Shown: in pieces, positions 14,496 through 22,022 of the stretch
Layout: every line of letters starts with the position of its first letter
Numbering within the stretch: the stretch's first letter is position 1
NCBI GenBank assembly: GCA_043799765.1
Contig: JAZDNL010000080.1
Span: 1 to 51,578, forward strand
Direction of reading: 5' to 3'
Source: Candidatus Micrarchaeota archaeon
Lineage (GTDB): Archaea > Micrarchaeota > Micrarchaeia > Norongarragalinales > Norongarragalinaceae
DNA length: 51,578 nt
Made by a program: the position numbers and the translations under genes
The notes under the pieces: generated by a model
What the model saw: only the letters and a program-made list of their open reading frames with translations
Database searches by the model: none
Told to the model about the DNA's origin: nothing

Positions 14496-17053
14496 CTCTT
14501 GCGCCTCAACGCCCAGAACGCGAACAGCGCCGCGCCGAGCGCGAGCAGCGGCGTCATTTCGGGAGTTGCCTTCGGCGGCTGGCCGAATTTCACGACGTTT
14601 TCGGACCACGAATCGTACGACTTTCCGTTTATCACCGAGTGCGCCACGAGCGTATACGTTCCCGGCGCTTTCGTGTCAATCTCGAAAAGGTGCATGCCCT
14701 CTTGGCAGCCCTTGTATCTCCCCGCGCCGGCGTCCGCGCCGTCCCTGGTTGCGGTGAGCGTCATCGCAGGGTCGCACAGCCCCGTCCCGTTTATCAGGAG
14801 CGACACCGTCGCCTCGTACGTGTTTCCGAGCTGCAAGCCGGTGTGCCTCGCAACCTTGAAGTATACCCCCTGAGGAAGCGGAATCGTCGGCGCGCCCTGT
14901 CCCTGCGGCGGCGTGCTGGGCGTTTCCGTTGCCGCCATCATGCCCTTGATTATCACGGGCAGCATCGTCTCCTTGGTGAACGAGTCGTCGCCTGTTTCGC
15001 AATTATCGCCGGAACACGCCTCCCAGCCGTACGGGTTGTAATCTCCCGAATCGGCGAACGAAAGAACGCTTCCCGACATTCCCGCTCCCGCAGTGCTTCC
15101 GAAAACCCATTCAGTTGCGTTGAAAGGCGCAGTCAGCAAGCCGTTCCTGACAGTTCCGGAATATTTCTTTCCGGTGGTTTTGCTCGTCATCTTGAAGGTG
15201 CCGTCAAGCGGGTTGTCGTTCTCGTCGGTTACCCTGACCGCCACCCACCACTGCCTCTCAGCGGTGCTTGTCGCGTCGTTTATTATGTTCGCGTTCTGGC
15301 CGCAGTCGCCTGAGCAGCCGCCGAGGATTGTGTTAAGCAAAACGTAGTCCGCACCGTTCCTTCCCTCAACTGAGCCGAGCGTGTTTTTCTCGGAAACGCC
15401 GCTTCCGCCGTCGAAGAGAACGACTCCCAAATCGTTGTTGTAAAGGTAAGCCCCGCTTCCCTTAACGCTGACAGCAAAACCCTCCGCGGGTTTGATGCTG
15501 TTGCCCGAAACCACGCCGCCGTTGTTCAGGACGACTTTCGCGTACTGCTGTTCGGGAGGAACTGGCGTGGAAGCTGCCGGCGGCGTGGATGCCTGCCCTC
15601 CCTGTCCGGGAGCGCCTGTTCCGGTCTGCGCGCATCTCCAGCACGCCTGCCCGCTTTGGAGGCACGGGAAGGTCTCCTGCTGCCACGTGCCGGTGCAGAG
15701 CGGGAACGTCGGCTGCCCGGAAGCGCAGGTGTACGGGCACAGCGCCTCGAAGCTCGCCCTGCTCGCGGAAGAGCCGCTTATCCCGGTCGAAGCCTCGGAA
15801 ATCACGTTATTTTCGATGCGGCAGAAGCCGTCGCACGTTATGCTTTTCTCCGGTTGCAGCGCGATGCTGCTTTCCCTGATGACGTTGCTCCCGCTGCCTG
15901 CAGCGACGTTGCCCCCTGAAATCGTGATGCCCGCCGCGTCGGTTATTGTCACGCCCTCAATCGTGTTTCCCGCTCCCTCTACGGAAATCGTGATATTTTT
16001 GCCGAACGCGGTGTTCTTGACTGAGTTGTTGTTCCCCAGGCGAAGAACGGCGTTGTCCTCCGTGAACTGCGTCCCGTCGAAGACGTTGTTGTCGAATGCG
16101 GTGCCCGACGTTGTCTGCGAGTTCAGGACCATGTCCGAGTTCTCGAACTTCACGCCGTCGAACTTGTTGGAGTTGGCTTCGGGGTCGATACGCAACTCGG
16201 TTCCAACGGAACCGCCCTTAACGGTGTTGGAAGTCCCCCTTATGAAAAGTTTTCCGGCTATTGTGTTGTTTTCTAGAATATCTTCTTTAGAGTCCCAATA
16301 TTCAGTGCTGAGCGTTATGGAATATTCTGTCGGATCCCTGAAATCGTTCCCACTAATCGTGCTTGAATTGGTTTTAACCAAGCCCAAACCGTTCGGATTG
16401 TTGAAGACGTTGTCCGAAACTACGTTGTTAAGACACGAACTCAAAGAAATAGAATACTGAGCTGGATCGTTTGTGGAAAACTCGTTGGAAGAAATCTCTA
16501 CGGAACTCGAATATTCAACAAAAACCGCTTGTTTCTCGCAGTTGTTAAACTGATTTCCAATTATTTTAGCACTGTCTGCCTGACTAAGCAGGACACAGAC
16601 GCGATTACTTCCGAAATAGTTATTTTCTATAATCACTCCGTTCGCCTTAACTAACAATCCCATTTTGTTATTTTCAGAAGAAATATAGCCGCATTCGCTT
16701 ATCTTGCTGTCGCGCATTTCAAAATTCGAACCCGCATCAACCCAGAACGTGTATCTGTTCTCGTTCGCCGACTTTATCTCGGAGGATGCGAGGATGTTCA
16801 TCGTTCCGCCCTTAACCCAGATGTTGGCGGTTCCGTTGGATGCACCGTCCATTATGAGCGTCGTTCCACTGAGTAGAAGCGTTCCGCCCGAATTGACGAC
16901 GACTGTGGGCGTTTGGATGGTTCTGCCCGTAAGATCGAGCGTCTGTCCAGTTGCGACGGTTATGCCCTTAGGCATCTGTTCCGTCGTTGCGGCGGCGACA
17001 AGCGTCGCACTGGCAACCAGATAAAGCAACAGCCTAGCGATATTCTTCATCAT
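14492..17053 (-). CDS. 853-aa secreted right-handed beta-helix (PbH1/NosD-like repeat) surface protein with C-terminal TM anchor
   Basis: Signal peptide. Repeated N/S/G-rich about 22-aa units (IIGNQFNN..., VVSDNVFNN..., ISGNDFRD...). Cys-rich and Pro/Thr linker. The C-terminus is PLLALGAALFAFWALRRKR. A GGAGG sits 8 nt upstream of the ATG. Confidence 0.85.
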   Translation of the reverse strand: MMKNIARLLLYLVASATLVAAATTEQMPKGITVATGQTLDLTGRTIQTPTVVVNSGGTLLLSGTTLIMDGASNGTANIWVKGGTMNILASSEIKSANENRYTFWVDAGSNFEMRDSKISECGYISSENNKMGLLVKANGVIIENNYFGSNRVCVLLSQADSAKIIGNQFNNCEKQAVFVEYSSSVEISSNEFSTNDPAQYSISLSSCLNNVVSDNVFNNPNGLGLVKTNSSTISGNDFRDPTEYSITLSTEYWDSKEDILENNTIAGKLFIRGTSNTVKGGSVGTELRIDPEANSNKFDGVKFENSDMVLNSQTTSGTAFDNNVFDGTQFTEDNAVLRLGNNNSVKNTAFGKNITISVEGAGNTIEGVTITDAAGITISGGNVAAGSGSNVIRESSIALQPEKSITCDGFCRIENNVISEASTGISGSSASRASFEALCPYTCASGQPTFPLCTGTWQQETFPCLQSGQACWRCAQTGTGAPGQGGQASTPPAASTPVPPEQQYAKVVLNNGGVVSGNSIKPAEGFAVSVKGSGAYLYNNDLGVVLFDGGSGVSEKNTLGSVEGRNGADYVLLNTILGGCSGDCGQNANIINDATSTAERQWWVAVRVTDENDNPLDGTFKMTSKTTGKKYSGTVRNGLLTAPFNATEWVFGSTAGAGMSGSVLSFADSGDYNPYGWEACSGDNCETGDDSFTKETMLPVIIKGMMAATETPSTPPQGQGAPTIPLPQGVYFKVARHTGLQLGNTYEATVSLLINGTGLCDPAMTLTATRDGADAGAGRYKGCQEGMHLFEIDTKAPGTYTLVAHSVINGKSYDSWSENVVKFGQPPKATPEMTPLLALGAALFAFWALRRKR

Positions 17054-17118
17054 AGCAGTTCCCTCCTACTCAAAACGACTCACGGAGGGAATACTGGGCG
17101 GCTATATTAAAAGGTAGC

Positions 17119-17150
17119 GAAAAAGAAGGGAAAAAACGGAAAGAAAGGGA
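17119..17150 (-). terminator. Oligo-T tract cluster (minus strand TCCCTTTCTTTCCGTTTTTTCCCTTCTTTTTC)
   Basis: Immediately downstream of the 17153 stop. Archaeal terminators are typically T-runs. The next promoter (CTATATTAAAAGG, 17102-17114) follows. Confidence 0.5.
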
Positions 17151-17152
17151 GT

Positions 17153-17815
17153 TTAGCGTCTGGCCCGTTTCGTCTTTAGAACTGAAGCAGTGCGCCCCGT
17201 AAGTACGTCAATATAGTCGCCGAGATAGCTTACGAATGGTGCGCACACTGACGTATAGTCGGGCGCAGCAACCGCGGTCGCACGTTTTCCGCCAAATCCA
17301 TCCCACGCGACGTCAATTCTTACCTGCGGCGGACTTCCGCCCTGCTGGTTTCCGTTCTTAATCGGAGGGCAGCCCGCAAGCACCCACGCCGAGGAACTAG
17401 ACGTAAACTGTCCTCCCGTCAGCGTTACCTGCGCCAAGTTATGCCACGAGTAAAGCGGCCCCTGCGGAACAGAATTAGCAGTTCCGCCTTTGGTGGTTCT
17501 GCTTCCCAGCACCTGTACTCCCGAACCACCTTTTATTCCGTTGACGTCCGTGAACTGCTCGTAGCAGGTAAGCGTCGCTGGATACATTCCAGAATACGCG
17601 AACGACGTTAGTTCGACCTTGAACATCCTTCCAGCCGAAGGATGCCCAGTCGGTCCTACCGAATAAATCCAGCCGTGGTTGCTTCCGGAAACGCACAGCC
17701 AGGCCGAATATGTCCAAGAGCCCTGCGGCATGTCATGTTCCGCCCAGCAATCAACTGCGGAAACGAACGGCAGCAACGCCGCAACCAGAATCCCGAAAAC
17801 GATTTTGTTCATCAA
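17153..17815 (-). CDS. Secreted Cys-containing protein, paralog A (220 aa), unknown function
   Basis: Sec-type signal (ALLPFVSAV/DCW). Shares a family with 17822-18340, including a 48-aa identical block. Confidence 0.7.
   Translation of the reverse strand: MMNKIVFGILVAALLPFVSAVDCWAEHDMPQGSWTYSAWLCVSGSNHGWIYSVGPTGHPSAGRMFKVELTSFAYSGMYPATLTCYEQFTDVNGIKGGSGVQVLGSRTTKGGTANSVPQGPLYSWHNLAQVTLTGGQFTSSSSAWVLAGCPPIKNGNQQGGSPPQVRIDVAWDGFGGKRATAVAAPDYTSVCAPFVSYLGDYIDVLTGRTASVLKTKRARR
17298..17425. repeat. 128-bp block identical to 17847-17974
   Basis: Base-by-base comparison. Identity extends to 17289/17838 with 2 mismatches. Confidence 0.9.
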
Positions 17816-17821
17816 AAAACC

Positions 17822-18340
17822 TCAGCGCTTACTCTTACCGCCGAACCCATCCCACGCGACGTCAATTCTTACCTGCGGCGGACTTCCGCCCTGCTGGTTT
17901 CCGTTCTTAATCGGAGGGCAGCCCGCAAGCACCCACGCCGAGGAACTAGACGTAAACTGTCCTCCCGTCAGCGTCACCGTCTGCCCCGTGTACATCCACC
18001 AATAATTCCCAGGAACGCCCATCTGTTTGTAGCACTTCAGCGTCGCCGGATACATGCCCGAATATTGGAATCCCTGCAGATAAACCTTGTACGTCTGCCC
18101 GGCTTCCGGATGTCCGGAAGGCGCAGTCGTGACAATCTGCCCGTGCAGCATCATCGAGAACGGTCCGCTCTGCCCGTATATATTACAGAAATAACCCACG
18201 ACCTGCGTGGAGTTGCACGTCCACGCGGACCACGTCCACAGTCCGTTCTGCATCTGCTGGACATCCCAGCAGCTGGCAGACGCGAAAGTCGCAGCAGCGA
18301 CGAAAACGAGTCCGAAAACGATTGCCTTCCAGTTCGTCAT
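17822..18340 (-). CDS. Secreted Cys-containing protein, paralog B (172 aa), unknown function
   Basis: Sec-type signal (AAATFASA/SCW). Shares SGMYPATL.CY and the identical VTLTGGQFTSSSSAWVLAGCPPIKNGNQQGGSPPQVRIDVAWDGFGGK block with paralog A. Confidence 0.7.
   Translation of the reverse strand: MTNWKAIVFGLVFVAAATFASASCWDVQQMQNGLWTWSAWTCNSTQVVGYFCNIYGQSGPFSMMLHGQIVTTAPSGHPEAGQTYKVYLQGFQYSGMYPATLKCYKQMGVPGNYWWMYTGQTVTLTGGQFTSSSSAWVLAGCPPIKNGNQQGGSPPQVRIDVAWDGFGGKSKR
17847..17974. repeat. 128-bp block identical to 17298-17425
   Basis: Base-by-base comparison, offset 549 nt. Confidence 0.9.
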
Positions 18341-18369
18341 ATTGTTTCCTAATTAGTTCGTTTCCGGCG

Positions 18370-18377
18370 TTTATAAA
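18370..18377 (-). promoter_or_regulatory. Palindromic TATA box TTTATAAA upstream of the paralog pair
   Basis: About 30 nt upstream of ATG 18340. Confidence 0.5.
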
Positions 18378-18581
18378 TGTTACCTTTCAGTAGTTACAAT
18401 AAGGCAGTAACACGTCTGGCCGGCGGCTGGCTTCCCTTCAAAACCGTGTCAGTAACCGTTACTCCGTCCGCGTTTTCAACCAGCAGCGCAGTTGCGTTTT
18501 TCGCGCCCCTGGAACCGCATGTGAGCCTCCGGAGGTGTTACCCTTTTCGAGATGCGGCTCCAAGGGTTTCGCGGTTTGCCC

Positions 18582-19031
18582 TCACTGCAGCCTCGCGCAC
18601 GCAATTCTCGCCTTTCCGTTGTAGTTTTCCACGGTCACGCGGTACCATCCGGCTTCGAGAGGAGTGGCGCACTGCATCAGCACGTCCCCGAGCAGCCGCC
18701 TTCCAAACACCCGCCGGCCGCTGATGCCGAAATCGCGCATCCTCTCCTCCTCTAGCGTGCAGTAAATCGCCTTTTCCGCGTCGTCGTAGAAGAAGCAGTT
18801 GGTTTCCGCGCCCGCGAACACGTCGCGATGAAGAACGCTGCCGTTCCCCGAAAGGGTGACATAGTTGGCGGCAAACGAAACGTCGTCAACAAGCGTTTTC
18901 GAGAGCAATGCCGCATCAAGCGTGCGGGTGCGCGCGGTTTCGCCGGTCGCAACAGTATAAAGCAAAAGCATGAAGGCGATTATAACCGCCGTCACGAGGA
19001 AGAATTCCACGCCGAGCTGCGCCTTTCGCAT
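18582..19031 (-). CDS. Type IV pilin-like protein (class III signal peptide), 149 aa
   Basis: MRKA/QLGVEFFLVTAVIIAFMLLLY. Starts 6 nt downstream of the prepilin peptidase gene. Confidence 0.7.
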   Translation of the reverse strand: MRKAQLGVEFFLVTAVIIAFMLLLYTVATGETARTRTLDAALLSKTLVDDVSFAANYVTLSGNGSVLHRDVFAGAETNCFFYDDAEKAIYCTLEEERMRDFGISGRRVFGRRLLGDVLMQCATPLEAGWYRVTVENYNGKARIACARLQ

Positions 19032-19037
19032 GATTCC

Positions 19038-19475
19038 TCAAACGATTCCCGACTTAAATAATGCTGCTGTTGCGAGCGTTCCCGCGCATAGGAACGGGAC
19101 AAAGGACGCTTTTCCCCGCAGGGTTTCGCCGCGAACCAGCCGCCATCCCGCCATCAGCATCGCCGCCGCGACGAATGAAATCGGCAGCATCATTATCTCC
19201 GCGCCGTCCGCAAGCAGAGGCATCCCCGCCGAAAGCGCGATGAAGCACTTGGCATCCCCGCCGCCCCATATTTTGAAGAAGAAGAGCGCATAGGCGAAGG
19301 CGAACGACGACAGGATGAAAGCGAGGTAAGCGGTTGCGTCTTCCGCCATCATTACCCCTGCCGCCCCTGTCGGCAAAAAATAGAGCGCGTTGAGTTCATT
19401 CGGCACCCTTTTCTCGCGGACGTCGTGCCACGACGCTATTGCGGCGTAAACAAGGGCATTCGCCTCGAACAGCAC
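19038..19475 (-). CDS. Archaeal A24-family prepilin/preflagellin peptidase (short form, 145 aa)
   Basis: Two catalytic Asp contexts: WHDVREKRVPN and WGGGDAKCF. About 5 TM segments. GTG start about 23 nt from the TATA. Confidence 0.75.
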   Translation of the reverse strand: MLFEANALVYAAIASWHDVREKRVPNELNALYFLPTGAAGVMMAEDATAYLAFILSSFAFAYALFFFKIWGGGDAKCFIALSAGMPLLADGAEIMMLPISFVAAAMLMAGWRLVRGETLRGKASFVPFLCAGTLATAALFKSGIV

Positions 19476-19492
19476 GGAAAAGAAAGGGCGTG

Positions 19493-19503
19493 CTTTTTAA
19501 TAT
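19493..19503. promoter_or_regulatory. Shared TATA box (CTTTTTAATAT) between the prepilin peptidase gene and pyrD
   Basis: About 23 nt from GTG 19475 (minus) and about 25 nt from ATG 19523 (plus). Confidence 0.45.
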
Positions 19504-19522
19504 GCGATTCGTAATGGTTGCG

Positions 19523-20434
19523 ATGAACCCGCTCGGAGTTTCCTTCTGCGGCAGCCGCCTGCGGAATCCCACCGTTCTCGCGTCGGGAGTGCTCGGCATA
19601 ACCGCCGCTCAGCTCAAGCGCGCCGAGGACGGGGGCGCCGGCGCCGTGACGATGAAGTCCATCGGTCCGGAAGAGCGCGTCGGAAATAGAAACCCGACGT
19701 GCGTCGCTCTTCAGCACGGCATGCTCAACGCCATGGGCCTGCCTTCGCCAGGATACGAGGCGATGGAGGAGGAGTGGCGCGATTTAAAGAAAATGAAGAT
19801 TCCGGTTTTCGCCAGCATTTACGGTGCGAGCGTCGAGGACTTCCGCCGCGTTGCCGCTTACGTCGCGGAACGCAAGCCCGCGCTGATCGAACTCAACATT
19901 TCCTGCCCCAACACCGCGGAGCACGGGCAGATTTTCGGCTTCGAGCCGTCGATTGCCGCGGACGTAGTCGAAGCGGTGAAGGTTGTTTCGGGCAAGGTTC
20001 CGGTCTCGGTCAAGCTCACCCCCAACACTGGCAAGATAGCCGCGGTTGCGAGGGCGTGCGAGGAAGCGGGAGCCGACGCGATATGCGCCATAAACACCGT
20101 CGCGGGAATGGCGATAAACATCGAGGCGCGCAAACCCGTTCTTTCGTTCAAAAAAGGCGGATATTCGGGGCCCGCGATAAAACCGATAGCGGTCAGGTGC
20201 GTTTACGACCTTTACGAAACCGTCGGCATCCCAGTACTGGGCGTAGGCGGCATTACCACCGGCCGCGACGCGATTGAGATGATGGAGGCGGGCGCTTCCG
20301 CCGTCGGAATCGGTTCGGGCGTTTACTACCGCGGACCGAACGTTTTCAAACTCGTATGCGACGAGATGCGCGAATGGATGCGCTGCAACGGCGTTTCGTC
20401 CGTGAAATCGCTGGTCGGTGCGGCTCATGATTGA
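19523..20434 (+). CDS. pyrD: Dihydroorotate dehydrogenase, class 1B catalytic subunit
   Basis: LRNPTVLASG, NISCPN active-site Cys and GGITTGRDAIEMMEAGASAVGIGS. The adjacent pyrK supports class 1B. Earlier in-frame starts (19439, 19502) overlap the TATA. Confidence 0.9.
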   Translation: MNPLGVSFCGSRLRNPTVLASGVLGITAAQLKRAEDGGAGAVTMKSIGPEERVGNRNPTCVALQHGMLNAMGLPSPGYEAMEEEWRDLKKMKIPVFASIYGASVEDFRRVAAYVAERKPALIELNISCPNTAEHGQIFGFEPSIAADVVEAVKVVSGKVPVSVKLTPNTGKIAAVARACEEAGADAICAINTVAGMAINIEARKPVLSFKKGGYSGPAIKPIAVRCVYDLYETVGIPVLGVGGITTGRDAIEMMEAGASAVGIGSGVYYRGPNVFKLVCDEMREWMRCNGVSSVKSLVGAAHD

Positions 20435-21194
20435 CTTCCCGCGCATGGTGAGGGTTGCGGCTACGAAAAAGGACGGAGGCGTCGTCATCCTTTCGCTCGC
20501 CGAACGCTTCCCCAGCCAACCGGGGCAGTTCGCGATGCTCTGGCTTCCCGGAAAGGGCGAGAAGCCGTACTCGTTCCTTTCGGAAAATGAATTCGGAATC
20601 GCGCCAGTAGGGGAATTCAGCAGGGCGCTCGCTTCGCTCAAGAAGGGCGATTCCGTAGGCGTGCGCGGACCTTATGGGAAGGGCTTTGTTTTGAAAGGCA
20701 AGCGTGCGCTTTTGGTCGGAGGCGGGTGCGGGGTGGTCCCGCTCGCGTTCCTCGCAAAAGAGGCGAAAGAAAAAGGAGTTGCAGTAACCGCAATCTCTGG
20801 CGCGAAGACCGCGTCATTACTCTCGCTGCATTCGCGGCTTTCCCCCTGCGGTTCCGTTTCATCTTGTACGGACGACGGCACGAAGGGAAGGAAGGGGTTT
20901 GTCACGAATGCGTTGTTGGACGCTCTTGTCCTCAAACATTACGACTGCGTCTACGCTTGCGGGCCCGAGAAGATGCTCCGCGCGGTTGCGGAAATCTGCG
21001 AAAAGAAGAACGTGCCCTGCCAGATATCCGCGGAGCGCTCGATGAAATGCGGGCTCGGCGTATGCGGGCAGTGCGACGTGGACGGGCTTCTCGTCTGCCG
21101 CGACGGGCCTGTTTTTGAGGGAAGGGAACTGCTGAAACGCCCCTCATTTGGAAGGGCAAGGCTCGCGCCTTCCGGAAAAGTCACAGCAATTTGA
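20427..21194 (+). CDS. pyrK: Dihydroorotate dehydrogenase electron-transfer subunit
   Basis: FAD/NAD-binding fold (GQFAMLWLPGKGEKPYS, LLVGGGCGVVP) and a C-terminal 2Fe-2S motif (CGLGVCGQCDVDGLLVC). Overlaps the pyrD stop. GTG 20418 is an alternative start. Confidence 0.88.
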   Translation: MIDFPRMVRVAATKKDGGVVILSLAERFPSQPGQFAMLWLPGKGEKPYSFLSENEFGIAPVGEFSRALASLKKGDSVGVRGPYGKGFVLKGKRALLVGGGCGVVPLAFLAKEAKEKGVAVTAISGAKTASLLSLHSRLSPCGSVSSCTDDGTKGRKGFVTNALLDALVLKHYDCVYACGPEKMLRAVAEICEKKNVPCQISAERSMKCGLGVCGQCDVDGLLVCRDGPVFEGRELLKRPSFGRARLAPSGKVTAI

Positions 21195-21525
21195 GCTTGC
21201 CCGTGATGGCGTCGATTTCGCTCTCGTCAGCCGGGCCGATTGCGCACGCCGTGATGGTGCCGGGCTCTATCTGCGTGTGCCCCGCGTCGCGTATCAGCGA
21301 CGAAGGAAGCTTCGCCCTCTTCGCCTTGTCAAAAACAGCCAGCAACTCCTTCTCGGAGGAAACCTTCAGCGCGACCTTTTCCATGCCGGATGTCTGCCAC
21401 GTCCGTTTCGCGGCATCGCTTGCCTTAAGGAAGGAGTCCAGCGACGCGTGACAGCATTGCGCCGCGATTTTGCCCTTCCCCATCTTGAGGTCCGCCCTTA
21501 TCACGATCACCTGCTTCAGCGCCAT
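21181..21525 (-). CDS. pth2: Peptidyl-tRNA hydrolase, archaeal type
   Basis: KQVIVIRADLKMGKGKIAAQCCHAS ... IRDAGHTQIEPGTITACAIGP matches the Pth2 family. Confidence 0.9.
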   Translation of the reverse strand: MALKQVIVIRADLKMGKGKIAAQCCHASLDSFLKASDAAKRTWQTSGMEKVALKVSSEKELLAVFDKAKRAKLPSSLIRDAGHTQIEPGTITACAIGPADESEIDAITGKLKLL

Positions 21526-21590
21526 GAACGCATTTCGCAGCCGTGCTTTTTAACCGCGCGTTTTTTATTTTCCAGCTGCGTTACGCCGTC

Positions 21591-21992
21591 ATGAAAAAAC
21601 AGGAATGGAACGCGGACAAGGCGTTCGAAAAGGACTTCAAGCACTTCTTCCCGGAGGCGGAGTTCGACTTCCCCCGCCCGGTTTTCGAGACGTTCGAAAC
21701 CGCTTCCGAAGTCGTGGTAACCGCCGAGGTTCCGGGAATCCGCAAGGATGATTTGCGGCTGAACGTTTCCGAACGGGGGCTGGAACTGGGCGTGGTGAGG
21801 CGGGAACATTCCGAAAAACAACGGGCAGGAACGCACGAGTCGTCGTCGCGCCTGAGCGGTTTCACCCGTTATACGTCTTTTCCGTGCGCCGTTGACGCCA
21901 GCCGCGCCAAGGCGAGCTTCAGGAACGGCATCCTCGAGGTGCGTGTGCCGAAAAAGGAGAGGCACGCCGGACGTCCCGTGCGCATAGGGTAA
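21591..21992 (+). CDS. hsp20: Small heat-shock protein (Hsp20/alpha-crystallin)
   Basis: Alpha-crystallin core (VVVTAEVPGIRKDDLRLNVSERGLEL ... ASFRNGILEVRVPKK). ATG 21591 lies about 25 nt after TTTTTTATTT. Confidence 0.85.
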   Translation: MKKQEWNADKAFEKDFKHFFPEAEFDFPRPVFETFETASEVVVTAEVPGIRKDDLRLNVSERGLELGVVRREHSEKQRAGTHESSSRLSGFTRYTSFPCAVDASRAKASFRNGILEVRVPKKERHAGRPVRIG

Positions 21993-22022
21993 GTTTTAAA
22001 CGTGCGCGCACAATATCCTTCC

